Shown piece by piece: positions 1-9,860 of a stretch of 25,639 nucleotides of DNA. The DNA is from Chiloscyllium plagiosum (Eukaryota). The stretch is from assembly GCF_004010195.1 (NCBI RefSeq), contig NC_057751.1, positions 10,958,617 to 10,984,255 on the forward strand, written 5' to 3'. Position 1 is the first letter of the stretch. Each line of letters starts with the position of its first letter. A program made the position numbers and the translations under genes. Under the pieces are notes generated by a model. It was given only the letters and a program-made list of their open reading frames with translations, was not told the DNA's origin and ran no database searches.

Positions 1-1170
1 ATACTGCAGCACCATCTACCTATAAATAAAGTTACAAAAACAAATATAACTGAAACGATACTGAACTTTCAAGTAATAATATCTTAAACACTTGGTGTGA
101 AGCCAGGTATAAGGAGAGCGACGGTTTCGTACCAGTGGTGATTCTAATGAATCAACGTCTTTGAGTGGGATTTTAATGTGTTTTCTCTCGCAAATACAAC
201 TTTACAGCATCCAAAGAAGGAAATGTTAAGTGCAATATCTTTTCTGAACTTTATAGCTGAGGCTTTAAAAAAAAACAAAATCCCTTGCTACTTAACGATG
301 GATAAAACCGATAGGTTATTTGGACCTCACTGTCACCATCATTGAGCAGCCACGTGGGAGTTACTGATGATTAAAGAAGAGGAGTATAATTTTGAGCCAG
401 TAGCTTTGGCCATGGCAAGGGAAATTCTGGTGATGAGTTGAACCTCCTCTACTATGAGGGCTTCCCTCAGATACTTGCCCAGAAGTGACCACAATCTGAC
501 TCACCTAAGGCATCTGAATGCTGAAGAGATGGCAAAAGGTCATCCCAGACAGTCATATGCTAATTACAAGGTATATTGAAACACATATTGGAGTTGACAA
601 TCTCACATCCCAAGTGAGCCGACAACTTCAAATCTGCAAATGCTATCTGAGCCAATTGCCTGAGGTGTCTGCTCCTGCAGCATGCCCAGCCTGCCGAAAC
701 AGAAAAACAACCTATCAATCTAACTTGACACTTGACAGTGATTCTCTAGTTTTTTTTTGTATGTAAATTGTTGTTTAGAACAAATCTGATTATCAGAAAG
801 TGCTTCATTTTATGGTGTTTTGTCCATCCACAACTCTGCACCTCCACCCCCCCTTCCTGAACCCAGTACTGATTCTTCAGTTTGAAGTTTAAAAAGCTGG
901 CAACTGAGCTTTCGGTCCTCAGACAGTGACACTGAACTGAACTGAACAAAAGACATCCACCTCCAGGATTGGTGAAGACCATCTGAAATGATCATACTCT
1001 CACTGCCTCTACCAAAGAACCTATCAGAGATCCACTGCAAACGCTGCTGTGATACATTGACTGAAACCAAATGACAAGCCAGGCTTAGTTTACAGGTCTC
1101 TTGTTGAAAGGGCGCCTTGTACAGTCAATATCAATTTGCCTCAGATGTAGGTTTTCTCGCTGAGCTGGAA

Positions 1171-1222
1171 GGTTCATTTTCGGACGTTTCGTCACCATAC
1201 TTGGTAATATCTTCAGTGAGCC
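1171..1222 (-). ncRNA. Mirror-image hammerhead motif, slightly degenerate
   Basis: The reverse complement reads CUCA-CUGAAGA-U-AUUACC-AAGUAU-GGUGAC-GAAA-CGUC-CGA. The core is intact, but the first stem II pair (A-C) and first stem I pair are broken. Confidence 0.6.
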
Positions 1223-1244
1223 TCCGGACAAAGTTCCGTCCGGA

Positions 1245-1296
1245 GGCTCACTGAAGATGTTACCTAATATGGTGACGAAACGTCTGAAAATGAACC
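1245..1296 (+). ncRNA. Minimal type I hammerhead ribozyme motif
   Basis: UCA-CUGAAGA(1251-1257)-U-GUUACC/UAAUAU/GGUGAC (stem II)-GAAA(1277-1280)-CGUC(1281-1284)-UGA. Stem I is UCA/UGA and stem III is reduced to palindromic ACGU. Predicted cleavage after C1284. Confidence 0.75.
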
Positions 1297-1768
1297 TCCC
1301 AGCTCAGCGAGCAAACCTACATCCAGAACCTCAACCTAGCTACAAATCTTCTCAAAACTCACTATCAATCTGCCCCTTTTATCAATGTCCTAACTCTTTT
1401 CTCTTGGAAGGACGTAACTCATGCCAGAACTGCAATCAGTCAAGCATTACCATCCCTTCTAATATTAGTTTCTGGAATAATTATCACTTCAGTTTGCTCA
1501 AATCTGACCTGCCCAATCTTAGAGTACTTCAATTTCCTACATGCAATCTCTTACAGAAGATCAGATGTCACAGTTCACTATTTGCCTCAATCCCTTTTGC
1601 ACTGATTTAATTTGAACCCATTTCCTATCATACACACACTCAAATATGATTCACTAACATCATGCTTTAAATAAGTATCAAAGTCACAATTAATTAAAGC
1701 AATGCTATAAGTGCAGAACTGTTCCCAGTTCTAAAATTACCCCAAGTTGTTGCCTTTTTTTTTCAGTT

Positions 1769-4700
1769 TTTATTTAAATGTTTGTCCCCATTTCACTCAA
1801 ATTCAAAGCTTTCAAATGTTGGTACTTACAATATTTCTGTTCTCACATTAAAAATTCCATATATTAAAATCTCAAGGCCAATCCTATGTTCTCAATTGAA
1901 GCAAATGCACTGCTCTAACCAAATAAATACTTGGAAAGGGAACAATGGACCAGGGCCCAAGGAAGAATAAATCAATTTTCAGATAAACACTCTCTTTGTT
2001 TGGCATGGAACATTTTATAGATTGAAATCCTATTCATATTTCAGCTATTTACATGATTATTATACAATAAAAGAGCATCAACTGATAAAATAATAATTCT
2101 CCTTAACAAACTGCTTTTCATTCAGCACTATAATCTCGAAAAATGTTGAAATATCCCTTTCCATTTGGTAATGCAAAGCAACTAAAATTTAACTAGCAGA
2201 ATGGGGAAGGGTCCTAGTGATATTCAAATCTGAAAACAAAAACAAAACAATGGCTTGTGTCATCCTTCTCAGCTGCAACTAAAATTCCCATGTACCTACA
2301 CCTTCCAACTGGTCCAGACTCCTCCATTAGATTGACCTCATCCTTTCTGTTTTTATCAACCTCACTAAGTGATGACCATACAACAACGGTGTTCACAGCA
2401 CAACCTTCCAACCGTAGGGAATTTTTTTAAAGATGGGAAAACCCAAAGTGTACTCACATTTTCTGCCTTTTTAGACAATGCTTTTTTGGGTTTCTGGTTT
2501 TCACAACAACTTTGTTTGGCAAATATGCACTGGAGCCACAGAACAGCTTATGGATTCAAGAATCAATATGGGCAATCTCACAGAAATGAATAAGTGTTGT
2601 AAAGTTGAATAAGTCCTTATCCTTAGAATAATCATCTTGGGACTTCCTTGCACTCTCTGCTTTTTACGAGCATGAGAACACATTTACACAGAGTATCCCT
2701 CATTTCAGTTTCATCAACAGACAAGATTATTTCCAAAGGATGCATCTGCAGAAGTATTTTGCTGTCACAGTAAATGAGACAACTTCCGAGGCTGCACATT
2801 CCAGACTAACCACTGTCATACTTGGTGCAATGGTTCCTTGTTCTTTCATTCTGAATGCTTGCCACATGTCATGTGCAAACTTGTTCAAGTTTTGTGTATT
2901 TTAATTTATTAAGAACACATTCTTAAACAGGTCAGGGTTTGGCAGCGTACCTGATAATGCTAAACATTTTCAATCAGAAGAGAAAGCTTCATCAAACTTG
3001 AAAATACTCTTTTTCCTCTCTATTCCCTCACATTTCCTAAATTGGATTGCAACTTGGCAGTTTAGAAATGAAGACTTCCAGGAAATAGGAAGCAGCATTT
3101 GAATTTCCACATTGATTTTTGTTCGCAACCAAGGTTGGAGATAAATCTCAATGAGAAAGAAAGTACCAAACCAAAAGAAGTTAGTACCACAGGACATCCA
3201 ACCTACACCAACGATGTCACAAATGATGTTAAGTCAGAATGGGTAGGGCAAAGGATCAACTAATACAGGCATGAGAGGTTGCCTCACTGGCAGCTAAGGG
3301 TTGAAGCCCAGTTTTCAGAAAATCAATGGACCTTTAGCATATCCTTCTCTCGTCTGCAAAAGATTTCATCTCAACATTTGCTGGTTAATGGACTACTAAG
3401 TAGAGTCGGCAGGACAGGAATGGGAATACTTGGCAGAGGGGAAGATGTGTTTCAGCCCACCCATGGTGTGGCATTGGTCTGGCCATCAGCCAAATTAGAT
3501 ATCATCATTTGCAGCTTCCTCCACAGTCATCTGTGTTCTGTCATGAAATCTGGGCTGACATGAAATTATGTACCTTTTTAAATGTGGTTTTCAGATGAAC
3601 CAGCACAATTGCAGAAATAGTAAAAGCAAAGATGGGCTTCATCATATGGTTTTCAACAAATAACAAAATAATTCAGAAATGATACCCCAGATTGCAAATG
3701 AAACATAAATACAACAATCGCCATCAGGTGTGTCCTCTTGTTGAAATACTGGCACATTGCACAACCATATGAATCATATCGTGTATCGAACATAATAATT
3801 GCACAGTAAAACCAAAGCAAGGTGCAGATAATGCATTCTAATTCCTCGTTCACTACCCAAAGCTCTGACCACGTGGGAAATGGGTCAAGTTGTCCAATTA
3901 TGAAACAAAAAGAAAAACAAATACATGCTCAATACCTTTGGATGCACTTGTCATCAAACTGGTGCCCGTCAGGCTCAGAGCTGTCGAGCTTTGAGGTCAA
4001 TGGGGCTATGGCAACATTATTTTTACACGTCCAAAGATATCCATTCCTATTTCCAGTACTCTACACATTTGAAGAAGGACACTCTCAAAGACACAAAACT
4101 GTGTTTTCTCCCATCTTCCCATGGACATTGCTGGGAGTCAGGTTATTCACACTCTTCTCCAGAAGGCCCTAAGATGTCTGGCCATATTGCTGAGTGATTT
4201 ATCAAACATGGCAAAGTGGGAACAATGAGCACACAATGCCCATGAAAACAACTTCCTGAGGATAAGACATTTTCATGTGTTCTTTCTAATGGATTTGGCT
4301 TAAAACTAAACATCTGAAAGCCATCCAAATGTTCTCAGGTATTGCCCCAGACTCAACGGGAGAATGAGAGAGCGCGAGAGAGATGAAAGACTGAATTAAG
4401 GTAGTCTGTGAAAATCTGTGCTGTAAAAGCATAAACAAATAATGGAAGGAGAAATGTAAAGTTGCAAAATCTATAAGAGTCTAATATCTCACAAGAAGAA
4501 AACCTGGCTTGGAAAAACAATCAGGCAATAAACAAGAGAAAGTCATTTGAATAACCAGCTTTTGAGACATTTCCTTCCATCACACCATTTATGTCAAGTG
4601 CAAATCTCCCATTGTTCATCATGAAAATTTTACTAAAATAGAGACACCATCTCTTAAAGCAAGATGGACCACCTATTAGAACAGACTATGGGCTTTTTGC

Positions 4701-6891
4701 TACTCTGACAGCTCCCATTTCGAATTGGGGACAACAATATAATGAGATTGGAGGTTCCTTGCAAGCATGATGGAAGATGCAGCTATTTTAGGAAGGGAAA
4801 AAAACCTCCAATTCCAGACCTATTTGTCCTCCATCTCCTGTCAGCCACAACATTATGTATTATTTACACGTTTGTGTGCAAAGTCCATACTCAAGAAACA
4901 GTTCGGACATGGAATTACACGTTTTGGCGAGAAGATGCAGGAGTAAAAATGGCCTTTCTGTCCTGTGGATTCACTATCCTGTCCACATTGGCCAGTAGTT
5001 ATTACCTTACTGAAGCTACTCCATGTAACTTCCATTTTGCTCATTTTAAAGCTAACAGTACAACTCACAACTGAAGGGGAAGTCTCATCTAACCAGCAAT
5101 GCTTACAGCTCAGCAATGCCCCTTGAGCCAGTGGATGCAAACTTTGAGTGGGAAAGCAAAAGAGAATTAAAGATAAAATGCAGTCCATGCAACTGAGGAA
5201 ACTTGGTAGTTTTACCGAGACTTTTTATCAAACAGATACCCTGAATTTGCAACACATAGACATGTGATGGATGAGGAGGATTTTCTGCCATTAAATACAA
5301 TGTGTGAATAATGCTGAAAAACAAATATCACAAGTTTATTCTACCCAAGTTCTAATATCAGAACGTGATAGTTATAAGATTATTTAAACATACAGACATA
5401 GTTTAATGTTTATTATATACAAGAGTACTGTAGCATAGAATCATAGGTTCACAGAGAAGGTTTTGGCAAATCAGGAAGGTTTTTGATGAAGTAAATTGCA
5501 AGAAATGGCTTGCATCAGTGTCAGGGTGGAGGGGTTAACAGGCATCAGTAATCAGAGGTCACAGTTAATATAACTTGTAAAGAAATCCAGGTGGAAGATG
5601 GGGAGAATGTTACGTACAGTGAATTATGATCAGACATCGACTGCCTGAAATTATGGTGAAAGCTAATTTCATAGGAATAAAATCTTGGTGGCTCTTATCG
5701 AGCTAGCATGGGTCTGATGGGCAGAATGGTTTCCTTCTGAGCTGTGTATAATCCTATGGTTCTCGGAGTACTTTCACTCAGTAAGAACTTTTTAGTTTGT
5801 CCATAAAACACTCTTAAGAGCAAAGATGACACTTCTAAGTTTCAGTTTTTTAAAAAAAACATGATTTTTTTCTGTCATAATTTTTGCTTTTTACATATAA
5901 ATGTATAAAAATAATAAAATCACATCATCATAGCCATAATGGTAGTGCTGATAACAGAAACTATGAACTCCAAAAAGGCAGAACTCAAATTATAACACTC
6001 ACTTATAAATGTGGAAAAAATAGTACTGTAAATACTAATAAAAATTAGAAGTAAATTGTGGGAGCTGGGTTCCACATCAGACAACATCCTAAGCCACAAG
6101 GGACAAAGCTCAGACTAATGTGCATTTTCTGAGCTTCAAATAAAACACAACACCGCCAGCGACTGTTAGACTTCAAACCTAATTCCATACTGGAACTCAA
6201 ACCCTTTGTGTTCTCTTCATTGCCCTGTAAAATGTTGAGGCTTAACAACTGTTGATCTGGCAGTTTTCTGACTGCTTCTAACATGGGTTTTATTTTGCCA
6301 TTCCTGGTTCTGAGCAGATCCAGGTGGTCCACTGTAAGACTGTTTAGAATTAACAAAGTGCTGGATATAATCCACTTTCCAACCTGGATGGGCATTGGAG
6401 GAGGGGAGGGGAGGGTATGCTCAGGGAGTGATTACTGGGTGTTGAATTTTTCATTTTGATCACCCAACAGAATTGTCCATTGACCATTCTTTTCCATCGC
6501 CCGCCAACCCCACAAGTGATCAGTTATCATTTAAACATGATTAGGGCAAGCTGCACTGCCCTTCAATTTTAGTTTTTAGTGGACAAAAGGGCAACAATAG
6601 TTGGATACAAATACCACTAATCACTACCTATTTTGATTAACACAAAATTAAGTGCCATTTCCTGTGTTTTTAATAATTCTTGAAGAACAGTTGTCACTTT
6701 GAGGTGTCCAAAATCAAAACATAAAAGGGGAAAAAAAATAAAAACAATCTTTTGGTCATCTTTACTTACTCCCTTGGAATCTCTGAGCTTTCCACTCTGC
6801 ATGATTTACAATCCCCAGAGCCATTTGAACACAACACTAAATGTTGCCCTGTTTATTACTTCAAGTCCATGGCATCTCCATTTTGAAATCT
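1769..6891 (-). other. NSD3: Putative long 3' UTR of NSD3 (3' end uncertain)
   Basis: Lies directly downstream of the stop codon and is largely free of recognisable repeats. Minus-strand AATAAA candidates at 6289-6294, 5409-5414, 5335-5340, 2905-2910 and 1769-1774. Minus-strand TGTAAATA Pumilio elements at 4861-4868 and 2046-2053. Confidence 0.4.
5470..5763 (+). mobile_element. Old CR1 LINE 3' fragment
   Basis: Degenerate ORF2 C-terminal sequence (agaggtcacagt..., ctgcctgaaattatggtgaaagc) ending in a CR1-type tail gatgggcagaatggtttccttctgagctgtg...cctatggttct. Boundaries approximate. Confidence 0.6.
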
Positions 6892-7139
6892 TCACTCAGT
6901 GGTTTCCTCACCGGTGTCCTCAGCTGCTGAATTGTTCTGAAGACTGACAGAGGAGGATGAGTCAAATTCTGTTGGGCAGTTTGGGTCATGTTCAGAGCAG
7001 CAGAGCCGGCCATCCAACGCTGAAGCAATCAAGGCTCCTTTCTGGTGCTCCTTACAGTAGGAGTTTGGGCAGAAGTCACAGAAGGAAGTTGAGGATTTGC
7101 CACACTCATCACAATGGTGCCAAGGGCATTCCCATTTTC
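6892..7139 (-). CDS. NSD3: NSD3/WHSC1L1 terminal coding exon (end of PHD5 + C5HCH domain)
   Basis: Translates (G)[52 protein letters not shown]...EETTE*, matching the vertebrate NSD3 C-terminus. Acceptor CAG at 7142-7140 after a pyrimidine tract; phase 1 joins the upstream exon (G|GA = Gly); TGA at 6894-6892. Confidence 0.95.
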
Positions 7140-7589
7140 CTGGGGATTGAAGGGAAAACATGACTTGGGATTATGAATAATACGACAGCTCAATTCATCA
7201 TATGCTTTTCACACTAGAAAACATTGTAGCTGCTTCCAACAAATTTCCAAAACCCGTGGTTCTCCACACATCCACAACACTGAGTCCTTCACATATGCAG
7301 CAGATAACATTTCGCCCACTGCCTTCATAAGTCAAGTGGAGCACCAGTTAACTCAGGAAATTGGCAATACCCAAGATTGCATTTCCATTTTTTTTGAGAA
7401 AGGAAACATATCAAGCAGTACGACTAAGGTTTCTTCAAAAATCTCAGCCTGGGCTTGAGTAAATGGACACAATCAGATCAGTTCCATGCCACTGATCTAT
7501 GGGATAACACATTTGTCATTTATATCTCCGCTGATAGTGGAGACAGAATTCTGAATTAAGAGATAGGAACACAAAATTGTTTGGGCCCT

Positions 7590-7695
7590 TCTTCCAGCAC
7601 CAGATAGTCTCTGCATCTGGACCAGGGGGCCTCAGTTCAAGTCCCACCTGCTCCAGAGGTATGAGAGAACAACTCTGAATAGGTTGATAAAAAGA
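7590..7695 (+). mobile_element. tRNA-derived SINE fragment
   Basis: B-box-like AGTTCAAGTCC followed by cacctgctccagagg...ctgaataggttgat, resembling a common elasmobranch SINE body (recognition from memory). Boundaries approximate. Confidence 0.5.
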
Positions 7696-7747
7696 CTATG
7701 TTTTTATAACATTGTAGTATATTTTTCTCCGCTCGTATTAAAAAACA

Positions 7748-7940
7748 ATTATCTTCTTCGTTCACAGGATGTGGGAACTGCTGACTCAACCAGCATTTAT
7801 ATCCCTTCCCTATTTGCCCAGAGGGCAATTAAGAGTCAAGCACATTGCTGCGGGTCCATGTCACATGTGGGCCAGACCAGGTAAAGACCATTTTCTCCCT
7901 GATATCGAACCAAGTAAGTTTTTCCCAGAAACAGTCAACA
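7748..7940 (-). mobile_element. Short SINE-like internal-deletion derivative of the LINE at 9861-13110
   Basis: 7770-7819 resembles the LINE 3' tail (9861-9908). It is joined directly at tatttgccc|agagggcaatt to sequence resembling the LINE 5' region (from 12833 on). Confidence 0.7.
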
Positions 7941-8526
7941 CAGAAGAACTAATAAAGATGCAATTACTGTATCACTGCCTTTCTTTTGCCTCCTAGCACC
8001 ATGCAACCTTCAGCACTTTATTTACCATCATGTCAACAGTAACCAATTGAACCAACAGACAGCCAGTCTCAGCTTTGCCCTTTCCTGAGACCACAACAGT
8101 GGCCCTAAGATAATATATGATGCACCAAGTGTTGATTGCTCCTCCACTGCCTCATACCTTCTGCTAATCAAAAGCTTTAGAACCTCTCCCCCACCACACT
8201 TCACACATCCCATCCACATCACTGGAAGTCTTGTAGATGTTGAGAAAGCACCAAACCCATGCAACAATCCAAATAAATTCTTTTGGAAATCCTCAAAGTA
8301 CTATACCTGCATTGTGAGGTATGTAATACAGGTTCCTGATCAGATCCCCTTAATAATTGGATAAAAAAAGTGACTGAAGCAATCTAAAACTGACACAGGT
8401 GCTGTTTTTATCCAAGCTTCAGGTAGTTTGACAAAAGGTTAGATTGGAAAATTCTTAGAGAACAACAACACTATTCTGCTCACAAGCAAAACTGACGTGG
8501 AAATTGAAGATTTTAATCAAGCACTG

Positions 8527-9105
8527 TGTGATGATGCTGCTCCTTTCACAAGGTTATTTGATGCTTGGTATTTTTTTCAGAGAGGTTGTAAAAGACAGAC
8601 TCCAAAAAGTCTAAGTTGAAGGGTCAGGGCCAGTTTAATTATAGCTAACAGATACTGCCTCAAGCAGAAGACTTCTAAGTTTAAAAAAAAACACATACAA
8701 TGAAAGGGAAGTGGCAAGTTTTGCCAGCTCAGATTTTCTCTGGCTTTATTTTGTTTTAGAACAATAGTGTTTTTGAAGCTGCTAGAACATAAGAAACAGG
8801 TCCATGCTGGTACTCTCACTCTCTGACATCTCTCCTCTAAGACCCTGGGTTTAATGTAACATTTTTTGCCAAGGGGTATTTATGGGCAAGTATTGGGAAC
8901 AGCATCATTACGTTGGGATAACCTGTTGGGTTTTTGGATAGGTTAAGTTTTTCGGTATTGTGTTCTCTTTTGTTTGGGTTTCAATCGGTAATTTTGTCAA
9001 TAAATTCAGTTTTATTTAAAACTAAGTAGTTTGACCAGCTGCACTCTCCTGGGTCTGCGCTACTTTCTTGAAATGTTTTGAGGGGGTCTGGCCTGGTCCA
9101 TAACA
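8527..9105 (+). repeat. 5' LTR
   Basis: TGTGATGATGCTGC...GGTCCATAACA; direct repeat of 15477-16107 with a ~40-nt deletion near its 3' end; AATAAA at 8999-9004. Confidence 0.92.
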
Positions 9106-9108
9106 AAT

Positions 9109-9127
9109 TGGGGGCTCTTTGCGGGAT
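9109..9127 (+). promoter_or_regulatory. Primer-binding site complementary to tRNA-Pro
   Basis: TGGGGGCTCTTTGCGGGAT, 3 nt after the LTR end, versus the canonical tRNA-Pro PBS TGGGGGCTCGTCCGGGAT. Confidence 0.85.
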
Positions 9128-9248
9128 TTGTTCTATTGTTACGATTTGGGATTAGGGTTCTTGGACACGTAGGTAGCAAGTGGTAGGTGTTAGTGTCTTT
9201 TGTTCTGGGTGTTGAATTCGGTTGGTTTAAACAGTGCTTGGGATAGCA

Positions 9249-9635
9249 ATGGCTCTTCCAGTCACCAAGAGTTTTCTGGAAATGGAAGAAGTGACTTTGG
9301 GGTTTTCCAAAATGTGATTAAAGGACAAGCTGCTGGAATTAGTAGACAGGCTGGAGCTGTAGCTGCCTCGTTCCATGAAGAAAGGAGTGATAATTACTGC
9401 ATTTAAATTTGCTGGAAACACCATCAGAATCTTTAGAGATGGCTGAAATTCAATTGAAAATGAAGCAGCTTGAGTTCGAGGCAAAAGACCGGGAAAGGGC
9501 AACAGAATTGAAAGAGTTTGAGTTGTGATTTAAAGCAGAGGAAAGAGAAAGAGAGAGAGAAAGAGAAAAGGACAGAGAAGAAAGCAATCAAGAGAGGGAG
9601 TTTTAACTTCATAAATTGGTACTTAAACAGAAGTT
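9249..9635 (+). pseudogene. gag N-terminal remnant (coiled-coil region)
   Basis: ATG at 9249 (MALPVTKSFLEMEEVTL...), KDKLLELVDRLEL, then E/R/K-rich MAEIQLKMKQLEFEAKDRER...EREF; frameshifted. The rest of gag and the protease appear deleted. Confidence 0.6.
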
Positions 9636-9660
9636 CAAAAATTCACTTTCTAAAGTAGTG

Positions 9661-9860
9661 AGACTATCCCAAATTCAGGCAGATGAGAAATGGGCAGAAA
9701 TTCATCAAGTCATATTGCCAGTGGGTGAAAGAAAGGGGGTGTTGCTAGTGGCATATGAGCGACTAGAGGGCCATTTCAAAGTGAGAGAAACTCAAGCTAA
9801 AATACAAAAACATTTTAACTGGCCTGGACTGCACAAAGATGTTGTTGAATTTTGCCTGAC
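9661..9860 (+). pseudogene. Integrase N-terminal (HHCC zinc-binding) remnant
   Basis: QVILPVGERKGVLLVAYE..EGHFKVRETQAKIQKHFNWPGLHKDVVEFCLT, truncated by the LINE insertion. Confidence 0.8.

Larger units (their letters stand above)
1141..1362 (+). mobile_element. Non-autonomous Penelope-like palindromic element (inverted pLTR arms plus 3' tail)
   Basis: 86-bp inverted arms 1144-1229 / 1238-1323 with an 8-nt spacer and an extra 3' tail 1324-1362. Flanked by near-identical direct repeats TATCAATTTGCC (1129-1140) / TATCAATCTGCC (1363-1374). Each arm has a CTGAAGA...GAAACGTC hammerhead core, typical of PLE termini. Confidence 0.8.

Noticed and set aside
740..1070. Possible solo LTR (TTTAAAAAG, short ctgaa repeats)
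   Set aside because: No convincing TG...CA termini, TSD or second copy was found.
1257..1610. 117-aa ORF
   Set aside because: It starts inside the PLE palindrome and has no recognisable domain or exon support.
6340..6520. G-rich then C-rich segment suggesting an old MITE or hairpin
   Set aside because: The complementarity is too weak to define arms by eye.
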